64,000 nt of DNA from Orbicella franksi. Lineage: Eukaryota. Positions within the stretch are counted from its first letter, which is position 1. Each line of letters opens with the position of its first letter. The notes beneath the pieces were generated by a model, which was not told where the DNA came from, searched no databases, and saw only the letters and a list, made by a program, of their open reading frames with translations. This document shows positions 1 through 12,808 of this stretch, one piece after another. The DNA lies in NCBI GenBank assembly GCA_964199315.1, contig OZ116701.1, forward strand, positions 9,238,001-9,302,000, given 5' to 3'. A program made the translations under genes and the position numbers.

Positions 1-946
1 GAGGGGGGTGCTTATTCGAGGGGGAGTGCTTATTTTAAATTTTGGCCGATAGGAGGGCGCTTATTTGAAGGGGGCGCTTATTCAAGGGGGGTGCTAATTC
101 GAAGATTTACAGTATGTAAATAGTGCTATAAAAATTATTAAATTATTATTATTAATTGTTATTATTTTATCAGGTCAATATGGCAGACAAGTTCCTCTTT
201 CATGCCACCTTACAGAATTTAGTATAAATTGACAGGTTAAATACAGACAGATTTTTGTCAATTATTGATCTATTTTTAAAACCAAGGTGTGCTCAGTCTC
301 AAGAAGCAGTAAATTGTGAGCACTGTTATACATAAAAGTGTGTCACGGACAAGATTGGAACCTCATGTGCACTCGGGATAGCCCACTTGTAAGGAGACCT
401 AACCCCATGTAATAAATTGTTTATTGACCAAGCTTTTGTGGTCAAGATGCCTGGATATTGGCCTCTAACCTTTTTTTTAAAGTGCTCTAGTAGCTTACCT
501 TGACTGCATCTCAGTGTAGATGCATGCAAACAGAGGTCTTGGCCAATATCTAGCCATCTTAATTCTTACTGGTTGTTTCATGCTACACAAACTGGAGGTA
601 AGAGCCCATTCACACCAGCTAAACTGGTTGAACTAAATCAAGTAAATGTTTTTTGAATCTTCCAATTATGCTTTACAGTCAATTTCAAACCACTGTGCTA
701 ACATATTTCAATCAAACGGGTTTTTACGTAATTTTTTAAGTTGTAGGGTACTCATGGTATGAGCAACTAATTTTTAACCTCGTTTAGTTAAACCACTTTT
801 AAACATTTTTAACATGTTGGTGTGAACGGTGTGTTTTAGTGATGGCACTGATGTTATATATCTGACCTCTCTTATCCAGTTGGTGGGAGCAGCTTTTTTA
901 GCTTAGATTGTAATAACCAGTGAAAATGGTCTTTTTTCATTAACAG

Positions 947-3362
947 GTTGCAAACCAGAACTGCAAATGACATACTCTGGTTCCAAGAATTCCCTTGTTA
1001 AAGAACTTCAGATACCCAAGGTATAATAATTTTTTTCTCCCGTGATAATAATAATTATTCTTATTTTTCACATGCGAACCAACTTGACCTGTTGTTGACA
1101 GTGTCAACAGAAGCCTGTTTCATTGCTAGAACTTGAATAGGAAGGTACTCATGGAGACAGTGCTTATTTTGCAAGAGTCTCTATTGAAATAAATAACTCA
1201 CAACCCAAAGTTTAAACTACATGACTGCACATGTGGTGCTCTAGGCACTAATATTGATTGAAATGGGAGCAAAAGAAAACAAGATTGATATTGTGTAGTT
1301 TGAGAAAATATACACACCTCTCCCATGGAAGGGATTTTTTCCAAGACCTCCTCAGCCCCTCTGGAAATTCCAATTAAGCTTGATACATTTCTATAAGTGT
1401 TTTGGTCTTAGAGACCCCCCCCCCCCAGGAAATTCCAATCCCTTCTGTGAGTGGAGTATGGATATTTTCTGGAACAACATATTGTAACACACCCTTATTA
1501 AAAAAAGGGGCATCAGAGGAGTTTCAAATTGTCATGAGTGTTGTAAAACTGAAACCAAATTTGCTACTCTGGCCAATCTTATCACAAAGGACAAAGACAA
1601 CCCAGAACTCAAAGTAATTGTTGTAGCTGATGAAAGTGTGCGAAAACCTCTGAGTGAGTCACAATTGGTTTTGGTTCTATTTCTGATTACATGAAAAAAT
1701 GGCGCGGGTTTTTTAATAAGCCAATCACGGAGTACGGTTACTGTAATGCAAACCAATTACCTTGCGACACTCAAGCAAAAGCCTTTCTACTGGAAAGCAA
1801 TTAAAGTTTTTATGGGGGAATAGTAGGTGCTCTTTATAAAGAATACTTTGTAGGGGGAGGGGGTATTTAAATGAGGGGGGAGTACTTGTTTGTGGGAGGG
1901 CACTAAAATAAATTGTCATGGGAAACTGGAAGCCCATCAGTACATGTAGGAGCGTGCAACTCCCATACTGAGCTTATGTCACAGTATTTACAGACCAGTC
2001 TATTTTTAGGCTTCTTTTCCCGCAAAATAGATCAGTTCTGGTTTATATGAATGCGCATCGATAAGGAAAAAAAATGATGATGTCAGTTACAAATTAAGTC
2101 CCTGCTTGTGATTGGTCATCGAGGTTCCTTTGGGTGTCTAAATTTGCATTAAATTTAAACTAAAAATAGACTGGTCTCTGAAAACACTGTGACAGGAATA
2201 TAGGGTAGTTATATGTTACACACTCCTAGTGATGGGCTGCTGGAGACCACAAATTATAAAACCAAATGAGAAACAAAATGAACTGTCAATAGTTTTATGG
2301 TTAGTAGTCATTTTGTACCAACCTCTTGCAGTTTATGGCCAATATTTTCACTACTTTTTTCTGTGCCCAATTTTGGTGCTAAATGACAACAAAAGATGAG
2401 TGGTCAGAGTAATACATCCCTTATTACTAAATCCTTTATGAATAAATTGTGAGGGTTCAATAGGACTCTTGTGGACCTTGTACTCATTTCTCCTATTTTT
2501 TCCAGCCCCTGCAAGGCTCAGATAATAATATTAATATATAGATTTAGGCCAGCCTAAAAGCGTAGCTCCTGGGCCTGGTTGTTCAGAGCCCGATTAAGCT
2601 AACCCAGGAAAAGGTAGAATTTTGATTTGAGTTTTGTAACTTTGCGGTGAGGTTTTCTACATATATTGTTTGGCCTTCCGTGTTGAGTTTTAATAATCAC
2701 CATATACACAAAACAAAGCAGTAAAAAACATTTGTGTAGAAGAAAATGCTATAATTCATTAACTTTTAATCCTGGGTTAGCATTAACCAGCTCCCAAACA
2801 ATCCTGCCCTGTTTTCAACAAGTTAACCTGACATGAGCCCACGATCCAATTGAAAACCAGCACTTGGTCAGCGGTCAACTTCAAATAAAATCTGTCCTCA
2901 ATGAGCTGTAAACTTGAGCCCGCGATATGGTCACATGATACTGGTCAGTGGATACCTTGTTTTGATAGGTGTCAATTGATCATAACATGGATGTCCAATA
3001 TCAAAGAACTACATGTACATGGCCAAACAAGGTTGCATATCTGTCAAACTATTATTTGGAGTCTGGCCGTCATGTTGCGCGACTCCATCGTTGCCGTTGC
3101 CGTCATGCGTACACGCCTACGAGCAATACCGCTAGCCATGTTAGCCATGAGAAAATCAACTTGTGGGTTTCCTTTTCTTTCCTATATGAGTGTGGGGCTC
3201 CGCTTGGCGGCCTGCCGGAGCTCCGCTATTATGCATTTGGCAAAATTCACAAAACACGGAAAATGTTTATCACTGCACTTTGTTTTTCAGGTTTTTGAGT
3301 TAAGGTCTGTAGAAGAAATGACTGAGGAATGGCTACTTGAGAAACTCAAGTTTTTCCGTTAA
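947..3362 (+). CDS. GMF: Glia maturation factor (ADF-H domain), last two coding exons; 5' part lies upstream of the window
   Basis: Exons 947-1020 (74 nt, ag/gt) and 3291-3362 splice to (G)CKPELQMTYSGSKNSLVKELQIPK|VFELRSVEEMTEEWLLEKLKFFR*. This matches the GMF-beta C-terminus [48 protein letters not shown]. Confidence 0.93.
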
Positions 3363-4452
3363 ACTACCACATTTAAGATGGCTGGCAGCAATGATTATTA
3401 GAACCGTTATTCAGCATTTCTTTGTTTGATTCTTTAGATCAATACTATGACTCCTTATCAGTAGTGGTACAATAATATTATTACTATCATTAGCAATGGT
3501 TTGAAAAAATTCCCAATCATTTATTTTTGATATTATAAGTTACCTATAGCAAATAGTATAAACTGCTATATAGACTCCTTCATTTTAGCTTTAAATGCTT
3601 GTAACTCAAGAATGACTCTGGTGACCCTGTTATTTGTCAATTGTGGTAATCGTTGATTTGTAATCAACTTGCCAGGATTCATCTTTTCGCAAAGTTGACA
3701 CAAAATATTACATGGGGGCTGCAGGTTCAGAGCCACCTTAAACTTTTGAAAAAAAATAAGGTTACTCTGAATCCCCTCCCAGAAGTTTTTTTTCCAAACC
3801 AGGCAAAAAGTTATATTTTAACATGCTGATTACAGTTGGTAAAAAATTGGGTCATGTTATCGAGTTATTGAGTCTTGTTGAGTTCTATAAAGCACACATA
3901 GATAAAAACATTTGCATAGTGCCAAATCCACTAATTGTCCATGGCACTTCACATTAAAAATTATTAGAAAGCTGGAATTAAGGGTGTTTTTTATGGCTTA
4001 CTGTTGATGTTGTAACGTTTTGAATCAAGAAAATGACCAATGATTGGGCACTCGGTTGAGGCTATAATAACAGCATCTGAAAAAGAGTGGTAGTATTAAT
4101 TCATCAAAGAGGTGCTGAGAAATGCTGGAAGACATTGTAAGCACCGGCCTTTACTCAGGATTACAAAGTAAAGACTTAATCTGTAATTTAATGACAATAG
4201 ATTTTATCATTTTCGAAGAGATAGACTGTTATGAATTTTACTTGTTCTAGGTGGAAAATTCTTGCCACAGGTTTGTATGTGACCTTTTTCTCTCGCAGAT
4301 ATCAGTTTTGTAATAATAAAATTATTAAAAGTTTGTTTAATGATTGTGTATATGCACAATCATGTCAAAGTGGCTACATCAGTGTCCAGTTAGTTTCTAA
4401 TTAGTTGTAGCACTTAAATCAAGGGAATGATAGTTTACTTCAGTAGAGAAAC

Positions 4453-7400
4453 AGTAGTATAGGAAATGGGGTTATGAGGACATTATACAAAAAAAACCGT
4501 CTTCCCAACCCTCTAGAAATAAAAACAAAAATACCATTCTTGGGCCTCAACTTGAAAATGTCAGAAATCAGTTTTTTCGCTCTTTACCAACACATGATGC
4601 CATGCGAAGCCAGAGCCTGCTTCTTGGCAGCGGAGGCTAAGGCAAGTTTTTGCTTGCAAAAACGCAGCTGTGTGTCGAGCAGGGGATGAAGAAGCAGATC
4701 AGCTCTAATCGCGTAGGCGGGAAGAGTCATAGTGAGGAATTAGCTTTAGCTAATCCGCAAGCAGTTTCGTGTAACGAAAATGAGGATGGAGCGATTTCTA
4801 ATGTGTCATAAAAAAAGTGATGATCACCATTAAACCATTACCATTCAAATGATTACCATTTCATAATCAAATTAGAGTATGTCTGCTCGTGAGGAAATTT
4901 CATGTCTCCTAACCCTCTAGCAATCAAAAAATAGCCCGCCATTTGAAAATATATTTTTGAATAAAAAACAGTCTTCCCAAACCTCCAAGAATCAAAAAAT
5001 ACCCCCACCATTTCAAAATCATGGCTTTCCATTTGAACCTACTTTTTTTATATTCTTCTGAAAATCAAAATTTGCTTTCTTATTGATTCAACCTCAAACC
5101 AAATAATCATTCAATCAACCCTCAGTCACAAGTCTCTAAAAAGTACATATGAAATTACCCCCCCCAAAACATACTTAAAGAAAAATCAACAATAATTGTG
5201 TAGAATGGAAAATGATAAGATGAAAAATTATATAAAAGAATCTAACTATAATTTAGTAATAATGAATAAATCAAATTTGAAGAAATTATCTAAATCTCAA
5301 CTTATTGAGTTATTAATTGAAAAGCAAAACCAGTTCCAAAACCTCGTATTAAATCCAAAAAAACCTGTTGCAGCACCACGCAGAAGTGTTAAACAAATGG
5401 TGAACGATTATGAGGAAAACATAATTGAACCACATGTTGCAGCTCCGAGAACAAAAGTAATAGAATTACCTATTAGAACTATCTTAAAGGTAGAAAAACC
5501 AATACCTAAACCAAGAACCATTAAACCTCCAGTTCCTGCTCCTAGAGCCCAAATAAAACAACTTCAGCCATCTTTAAGGGGATCTGCAAAAACCTTTAAA
5601 GTTGGTATTAAATTTAAACACGATCCACTCGCTCAATTGAATAACACAGCTTTATTCATTGAAAATTATCTCAAACAAATATTGAAAGAAAATAAGGGCT
5701 TTAAATTTTATCACACTCCGGAGATAACTTTCAAAAAAATGAAATATGATGAATGCAAAGATTTAATTTCATTTGATTATAAAGAAGCTTTTTCAATAGT
5801 AAAACAGCCACTATTACAAATGGTAATCAAGTAAATGAAGTAATTAAGTTATCCATTCAGCAGATTCTAAAAAAGATAGGTCAATGGTTAAGTGAAGGAT
5901 CGGGATGGACGATAGAATCAATATTATTAATAAGCATAATAATACACATGAAAAAATTACTCGATTCTGATTGGCTAAGTGCAGTGCAGTTCAAGTGTAA
6001 CACCAGTGCAAAAAGTGTAACATCAGTGCAGAAAGTGTAACACCAGTGCAAATTACACATCAAAATTCTGGATTATGATTGACTGAAAGATAATAGGAAT
6101 TTTTCTAAGAAAATGATATCAGGTAAAATGATGACGAAAATTGTGTTGAAACTTTGAAAAAAGTTTTCTCAAATAAGAAAAAAAGGCTCCAAGAAAGATC
6201 TTCCGGCACTTGTTCCGCGCGAATTTTTTCATGTTTATATTATTAATAAGTAATTATACGGTTTTTCTCGTTCAATTTGGAGTTAATTTGCACTTGTGAG
6301 TTTTTCAAAAAGCTGAAATTACACTCGCCGAAGCGGCTCGTGCAATTTCAGCTTTTTGAAAAACTCACTCGTGCAAATTAATTCCAAATTGAACTCGAAA
6401 CCGTATGATTACCTATACTTATTTGCATATTGTTAATTTTTTTTTTACTATCTGGCAAGTCACATATTCAACTTCCAAAAGAGCTGAGAAATTCATCAAA
6501 AGGGTTGATTAACATTAAAAATAAAAATAATGAATGCTTCAGTTGGTGTCATATTCGATATTTAAACCAGCAAGAAGTTCATCCAGAAAGGATTAAAAAA
6601 TTTGATGAAGAATATATTAAAAAGTTAGATTATTCTAACATTGCATTTCCAGTCAAGTCAATGATTACAATAAGATAGAAAAGCAAATCAGATCAACATT
6701 TATGTCTTTGGTTACGAAAATAAACAAGTATATCCAATTCATATAGCCAAAGAACGATTTGATGATCATTTGAATCTTCTTCTGATAACTGACGAAGACA
6801 AACAACATTATGTACGATATAAATTAAAGATTTTAATCAGTTTATGTTTAATCAAACGAAACATAAAGAGAGAAAACACTTCTGTATGTACTGTCTTCAG
6901 TGTTTTTCATCAGAATATGTTCTAAACAAACACAAAACAGAATGTTTGGTTATTAATGGTGAGCAAGCTATAAAAATGCCTCAGAAAGGTAAAAAATCAT
7001 GTTTAAGAATCACAATAGACAACTAAGAGCACCGTTTGTTATATATGCTGATTTTGAAGCAATAACAGAAAAAGTGGATTCTTGTAAACCAAATGACAAT
7101 GATTCTTATACTGAAGCACATCAAAAACATACAGATTGTGGATATGGTTATAAAGTAGTATGCAGTTATGATGATAAATATACAAAACCAATTCAATATT
7201 ACAGAGGTGAAAATGCAGTTTACAAATTCATGGAAAAAAATGTTAGATGAAGTTAAATTTCAAAAAATGATTACATACAAATTTAATAAACTGTTAAAAA
7301 TGACTAAAAAAGATGACGAAAATTTCAAAAAAGCAAGAATGTCATATTTGTAACAAAAAGTATGATGATGAAGACAAAAGAGTCCGAGACCATTGTCATG

Positions 7401-7700
7401 AAGCTTGTAACCTTAATTTTAAAGTAACTGATAAAATACCAGTCATCTTTCATAATCTCAGAGGTTATGATGTAGTCACTTTATCATGCAACAGATAGGT
7501 CAAATAACCAAGAATAACACTTACACCAATAAAAAAGGTGAAGAACAAGAAATGAATGTCAATGCAATTCCAAATAATGTGGAAAAATATATGGCATTCA
7601 TGTTTGGTTATAACCTTGCATTCATCGACAGTTTTCAATTCATGGCTCCAGTTTAGACAAATTAGTGAGTAATCTACCAAAAGAAAAACTAGCCTTGCTA
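4453..7700 (+). mobile_element. Decayed Polinton/Maverick left end with protein-primed DNA polymerase B (pPolB) remnant
   Basis: AGTAGT terminus at 4453. Fragmented frames 5196-7660 carry PVAAPR/PVPAPR repeats, KGLINIKN..NECFxWC, HFCxxCLQCF, PFVIYADFE, CHIC..RVRDHCH (endonuclease VII-like), IPVIFHNLRGYD and FIDSFQF, with many frameshifts and stops. Confidence 0.8.
5938..6418 (+). mobile_element. About 480-bp non-autonomous element with internal hairpin, inserted into the Polinton pPolB frame
   Basis: Near-identical to 31066-31548. Removing it rejoins the pPolB codons (AAG CAT | TAT TTG). No clear TSD. Confidence 0.8.
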
Positions 7701-8014
7701 GTTGGTGCAATGGTGTCATCTCAAGGTTACAGATATATAATATGTAGAGGTCCAATACTAGTGGTTACTGCACTTACATGTAATTCTGGATCTAGACTGG
7801 TGTGTAGAAACGTCATGGTACTCAGGTTCAAACCTTGGCTGCAGCCTTTGTGATATTTGGAAAAACACTTAACTCCCACAGTCCTTCCCTCCAGTTGGGA
7901 GTAAAAAAAATAATACAGGGCACTAGCAAACTAAATGCTGGGAATGGCCCTGTGATGGACTAGTATCCAATCCAGCTAAAGGTAACTTCTGCATAAGAAC
8001 CAAGTGGCCCATCA

Positions 8015-8310
8015 GGACAGTGCTTATCTCCCATTTCAGGAGCATGGAGGGACTATGAGTATTTCTACTCCCCCATGGATGGGATGCTAGACAAGTCTAT
8101 TGAAGGGTTTCCCTCAGCTGGCAGTCTAGTACCCATTTTTTATTATATGGCTAGCTCCGTGAGCGGGCAAGATGAATCAAATCCTGTGCTGTGATTGGCT
8201 ACCCTAGCAGGCAAGATGGAGCTATCTTGCCTGCTCGGGACTACCTGCCGTGTCCCGCAAGAAAAATTTCCCCCAAAGCCAAATAAATCTTTTATTGACC
8301 AAGCTTGTTT

Positions 8311-8341
<31 letters not shown>

Positions 8342-8570
8342 TTCTTTGCGAGTTTATGAACCAAGATGGAGTCGAGAACTTGACCAATATCCAGCCATCT
8401 TGACCTCACCTTTGGTCAATAACCCATACATGTATACACCTGGGTGGAGAGAGACACTGGGAGTAAAGTATCTTGTCCAAGAACACAACAAAATGTCCCC
8501 AGCCAGGTCTCGAATCCAAACTGCTCAATCTGGAAGCAAGCTCACTAACCAGCAGGCCACCGCACCTCCA
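8015..8570 (-). mobile_element. tRNA-derived SINE, interrupted by the palindromic repeat at 8146-8428
   Basis: The two halves are the reverse complement of the SINE at 42486-42786. Confidence 0.7.
8146..8428. repeat. Palindromic interspersed repeat family (other copies about 365-560, 21958-22265, 30860-31065)
   Basis: Shared tatggctagctc(c/t)gtgagcgggcaagatg...ttattgaccaagcttgtttgg(t/c)caagatggctggatattggcc...ggccaatatccagccatcttgacc...ggtcaataacccata, with an internal inverted repeat. Confidence 0.8.
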
Positions 8571-9749
8571 CTATCTAATCCAGGAGGAGTAGAAATATTC
8601 CCAGTCACTTCAGGCCACAGACACCAAAATAAGTCGAACAGAAACTGGCATAGACCAATGGTCACACTTCAACTCTTTGTTTGTTTTTAAGGTTTCAGTC
8701 AGCGTTGTCAAAGGAAGCTGGCTGCGGGCCAAAATTACCATCTACTTCATGATCTCAGTGGGTGAGCAGAGGTTCCTTCAATCTTCTTCGATCTTTCTAC
8801 AAAAGTCAGGAAGAGGAATTGCTTCCTCTACCCAACTTTTCTAGGAAGATCGAAGGGACCTCTGCTCACAGGGTACTCTGTTGCGTTATTCTTTCAATTC
8901 TGCAAAATCAGCCACCTACTCCAACAAATAAAGCTTCCTACTTGAAAATGTGGTGGCAACCCTGGTTAAGGTAGATTAACTTAGGTTGGAAACAATGAAT
9001 TATCATGGAACTAAAAATAAATGTAGACCTAAGACCCCCACCCCTCTGGAAATTCCAATTAAGCTCCATAAATCTCTTTAAAGTTTTTGGTCTTACAGAA
9101 CCCCCACCCACCCCCTAGGAAATCCAATTCCTTCCGTGGGGAAGTATGGATATTTTATGGAACTGCACATTAGCCTCTAATCACTGTGGAGGTCCAACAC
9201 AGTTTGTTTGATCAGTTTGACCATGTGAATTAACTCGGAGGTCAAATTGAAGCTGCCTGCTTCAAGAGATGCTTTGAAACTAGCCCAGATTAATTATTGA
9301 AATGTTTCTAACTTTATTACATAATATTTAACATTTGAGCCATAAAATACACTTCATTTTATTAGTGACAGAGATGCATGGTAGCTTTAAGCCAAGGTTG
9401 CAGCAAATAACTTGTGATACTGTGTAATGATCACCTCGATGTCTACAATATCAAGTTTGCGAAGTTCCAAAATCAAGGCAACCACATGCACTACAATATG
9501 AAATACAAGTTACTAGTCTAAAGTTTTTAATTTAAGTGTGGCATGCATGTGAGGAAGCATTTCATAACCCACAGCAACAACTATTCCATTTTGAGAGTAT
9601 TTTGGCAAATACTACATGTACCTCAGTGACCATCAGAATTCTAAACATTAAACTAGACATCAGTTATTTTTGTTCAAAAGGCCTTTAAAAAAATTTCCAA
9701 AAGCCTTTCTGGGAGTCACTGCCTGATAGTCTGTACTCCACATAAACAT

Positions 9750-9964
9750 TAGGGACCTTTAGATTGAGTATGAGTACGATTTTGAATTTCAAACCAGTGA
9801 CATTTCTGGAGCCCTTGCTCTTCATGTTGGTTTTAGGTAGAGAGGGTAGCTCATGGGATGAGATGGGTATGTGATTTGATGACGTGAAGCCTGAAAACTA
9901 GAATTGAAAAGTCGTACTGTCTCATACTTGATCTCGTACTTGTGCTCAAATCTAAAGTCCCCTA
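9750..9964. mobile_element. MITE just downstream of the CNIH stop codon (probable 3' UTR)
   Basis: TAGGGACCTTTAGATT ... AATCTAAAGTCCCCTA inverted termini. Confidence 0.65.
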
Positions 9965-10078
9965 ATAATCCCTTTGCGACAACCGCCATCAACCCTTGCT
10001 AGGGTCCCAAGACCGAATGAGTTGAAAATCAATGCTGCACGGATGGATTTTGCTGTTGTCAGGACTCGTTAGACTCCA

Positions 10079-12808
10079 TTACACCAACATAGCATACATC
10101 ATCCTGAAATGAAACACAAGAAATTGCTTTAGCTTAGCCTGGAACTGGCATTTCACATCATTCTTTTAATATCATGCAGCGATGTTTGATGATGATTCTT
10201 GAGGACTGTGAATAACAAAGCATCTCAATTATGTTTTGTTGCCTAAAACATTAGACCAGCTAATTAGATTTATTTCAATTGTAGGCTTGAAAGTACTAAA
10301 TCAACATAATTCTAATCAGTAGAGTGGCTGGCATTTCCAGTCAAAACAAAAAAAAAAAAGATTGAAACAAGGTGAAAAGCAGTCCATTTAAGTAATGCTG
10401 TTAAGCCAGGATAAATCCTTTCAGTCTGTGTAGAATCAACAGTCACATACCTATAGAGATAATAAAAGAAGCACAGTAGAAAGAATGTCAGTTTAATCCA
10501 CCCCTCCTTCTGGCAGCGAGACATGACATTGGCATTCATAACCTCTGTTGGGTCATAAAGACCAGGTACACTCATTACTGGCCTGTTAGAATACCTAAGA
10601 TAGAATCAAAGCAAACTCATAAAATACATGTAGTTATCACAGCGTGTCCAGCAGCATGGTTGTTCAGAAAAATAGGGGAAAAGAAAATCATGATTGTAAA
10701 AACAGGAAATGTAGGAACTTTCTTTCAAAAAAATTGGAGAATCAATTAAACCACTTTGATGGACAGAGGTACGTGTACATGTGGCCTCCCTACACCCCAT
10801 CAGCTATTTTAGTTCAGTTCAGTACCACAAGTGTAGATATATAACAACACAAGCATCAGAGGCATTTTGATTTGAAAAGTTATGTACATGTACGTTATAT
10901 AATTTATAAATAGAAAAAACAATTGAAGAGCAATCAGCAGTCAATTGTAAAACTGATCCTTGGGAATGAATATTAAATTTTTCTTCCATCAAGACTACTG
11001 TTTCTACTATGAATTCATCAATTTGAATTCCCCAGTCTTAATTTACAACTGAACAACTCCACAAGTTTCACCTTGTTCAGAAAATATGCTGTATTTTCAA
11101 AACTTCAACGTCAAACCAGCAGACAACAGGAAACACAACAAATCCTTAGTTAAGTTTCAAAACAACAGCTGTTAACTCTTAACTTTACATAAAATAACAG
11201 TTCACCCTTAATTTAACTTAAATTAAATGTCAGTTCATCTTTAACATGGCTAAATGACAGTTCACCCTTAATTTCATTTTCTTCTCAGAAACCAACTTTG
11301 AATCTCAGTGGACTCACTGGACTGTTGGTTCAAAAATCAATTTGCTACACAAATGCAGTAGAGTAAATTAAAATAGTATGCCGCTTAGTTTCTCCTTAGA
11401 GCAATGATGTACCTAAGCTCTTCTTTCCAAGCCAGATGATAAAAGCTGGAAAATCTTGAGATTTCTTTTTCAACATTATATGATGACAAAAAAAAAAAAA
11501 AAAAAAAAATTACAATAGCACGTTCGGTTACCTGTGAATATTGTAAATTATTAGAGGGAGATTAAAAAGGAAGGCTGTCCACTGGCCACCAGCTAGCAAA
11601 AGAAGACTTATGAACAAGTGTATTCCATATTCTGGTAAGACAAGCTGCAATAAGAATTTACAAAGAAAATAATAAGAAAAATAACACTATTAGCAGGGCT
11701 CAAAAAAAAAAAAGTGCCATCTGGTCGTCCAGGATAGGCAGATTTTCCTGCTGGGCAAGTCACTTTTCATTCTCAATTGCCTAATGGATCAGGCAAGTAA
11801 TTTTACAAATAAATAAAAATGTAAATTAGGACTTACACAGGGCAAGCAAAATTTGAAAGCTACTTGTCTGAAGAGCAAGCTGGATTTCAAGGTTTTTTTG
11901 AGCCCTGTATTACTATTGCTCTTCATCTTTACATTTATTTATCTTTTCAGTTATTTTGAGGGGTAGCCAGCTGTACTTGTAAAACAAAATTCTGCCCTCT
12001 GCGAGTTCAAACGTATCAACACAGAGAAGGTCATTTGGAATTTTTTTTCTTGAGGGGGGGGGGGGGGATGGGGGAGGGTAAAAGGATCTTGAAGACAAGA
12101 TTTAAAGCAAAATTAATATGAGACAAAAACAGCAAAGAGGTAATAACAAACCACTAAGAAAAATTTTGTTTTCTTACAAATTAGAAGTGAATTTCTTGAC
12201 CAAATATCATAACTGCTTAAATATCAAAAAATAATTAATTATTAATTATTAATTATAAATTATTACAGAAGTGAGGGCCAACTCTTAAGCCTATTTCTCG
12301 AAAATTTAATTCAAGAACAACAAGTTTAAATAATTTCCAAGTCCATGCAGTGTAATAAAAATGCTTAATATACAACCTTAAAAACTTTAGGAACCACAAA
12401 ACCATTACTGTAGCAGGTGTATTTTCAAGTTACAATCCAGTTTATTAATTAGCAATGTTTCAAAAAGCACAAGTTTATTCAATGTTGGAACTAGTACGAG
12501 TACCATAACTACTCTGGTTAGTTTACAATTTAATCTGTACACACAGAAATACACTTCGAAATGTCAATTGATTTTTAGAGCGTTATATTTAACTCACCGG
12601 ATTCAAACTATTGCACAGATCGACTGGGTTCTTGTAGTCCGTTTTAAGGTCATCGAACGCTATAATCTATAGGAAATAAAAGAACTCAGAAACTGCAATA
12701 AATGTACGCCTACAGTGATTCACATATACTTACGTTCCAAATTGCCAAAAATATCAACACAATACTGATGAGAATCGCCAAAATAAAAGTAAAAACTTCA
12801 AACGACAT
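10079..12808 (-). CDS. CNIH: Cornichon homolog (CNIH1/2/3-type ER cargo receptor), 5 exons, 141 aa
   Basis: Exons 12808-12734, 12666-12598, 11644-11532, 10594-10451, 10103-10079; all GT-AG; 426 nt in frame. Motifs IIAFDDLKTDYKNPVDLCNSLNP, LVLPEY, GLYDPTEVMN, CQKEGWIKLTFFLLCFFYYLY. Confidence 0.96.
11694..11907. mobile_element. hAT-like MITE (CAGGGCTCAAAAA...TTTTTGAGCCCTG) in CNIH intron 2; related copy at about 24210-24425
   Basis: Terminal inverted repeats are visible directly. Confidence 0.6.

Noticed and set aside
551-597. Possible extra GMF exon (HLNSYWLFHATQTG) and a 15-nt microexon at about 1130-1144
   Set aside because: Neither matches the expected GMF sequence (RVSYPLCFIFSSPV), and exon 947-1020 joins the last exon directly in the GMF alignment.
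1624-1650. CTGATGA...GAAA resembling a hammerhead ribozyme core
   Set aside because: Stem II cannot pair (no G10.1-C11.1), and it lies in a MITE. No hammerhead core was found in the 52.9-55.2 kb repeats either.
8143-8690. ORFs such as MRSRWLDIGQV..., also at 21984-22241, 29213-29620 and 30888-31169
   Set aside because: These are translations of high-copy palindromic repeats and SINEs that recur at several positions, not genes.
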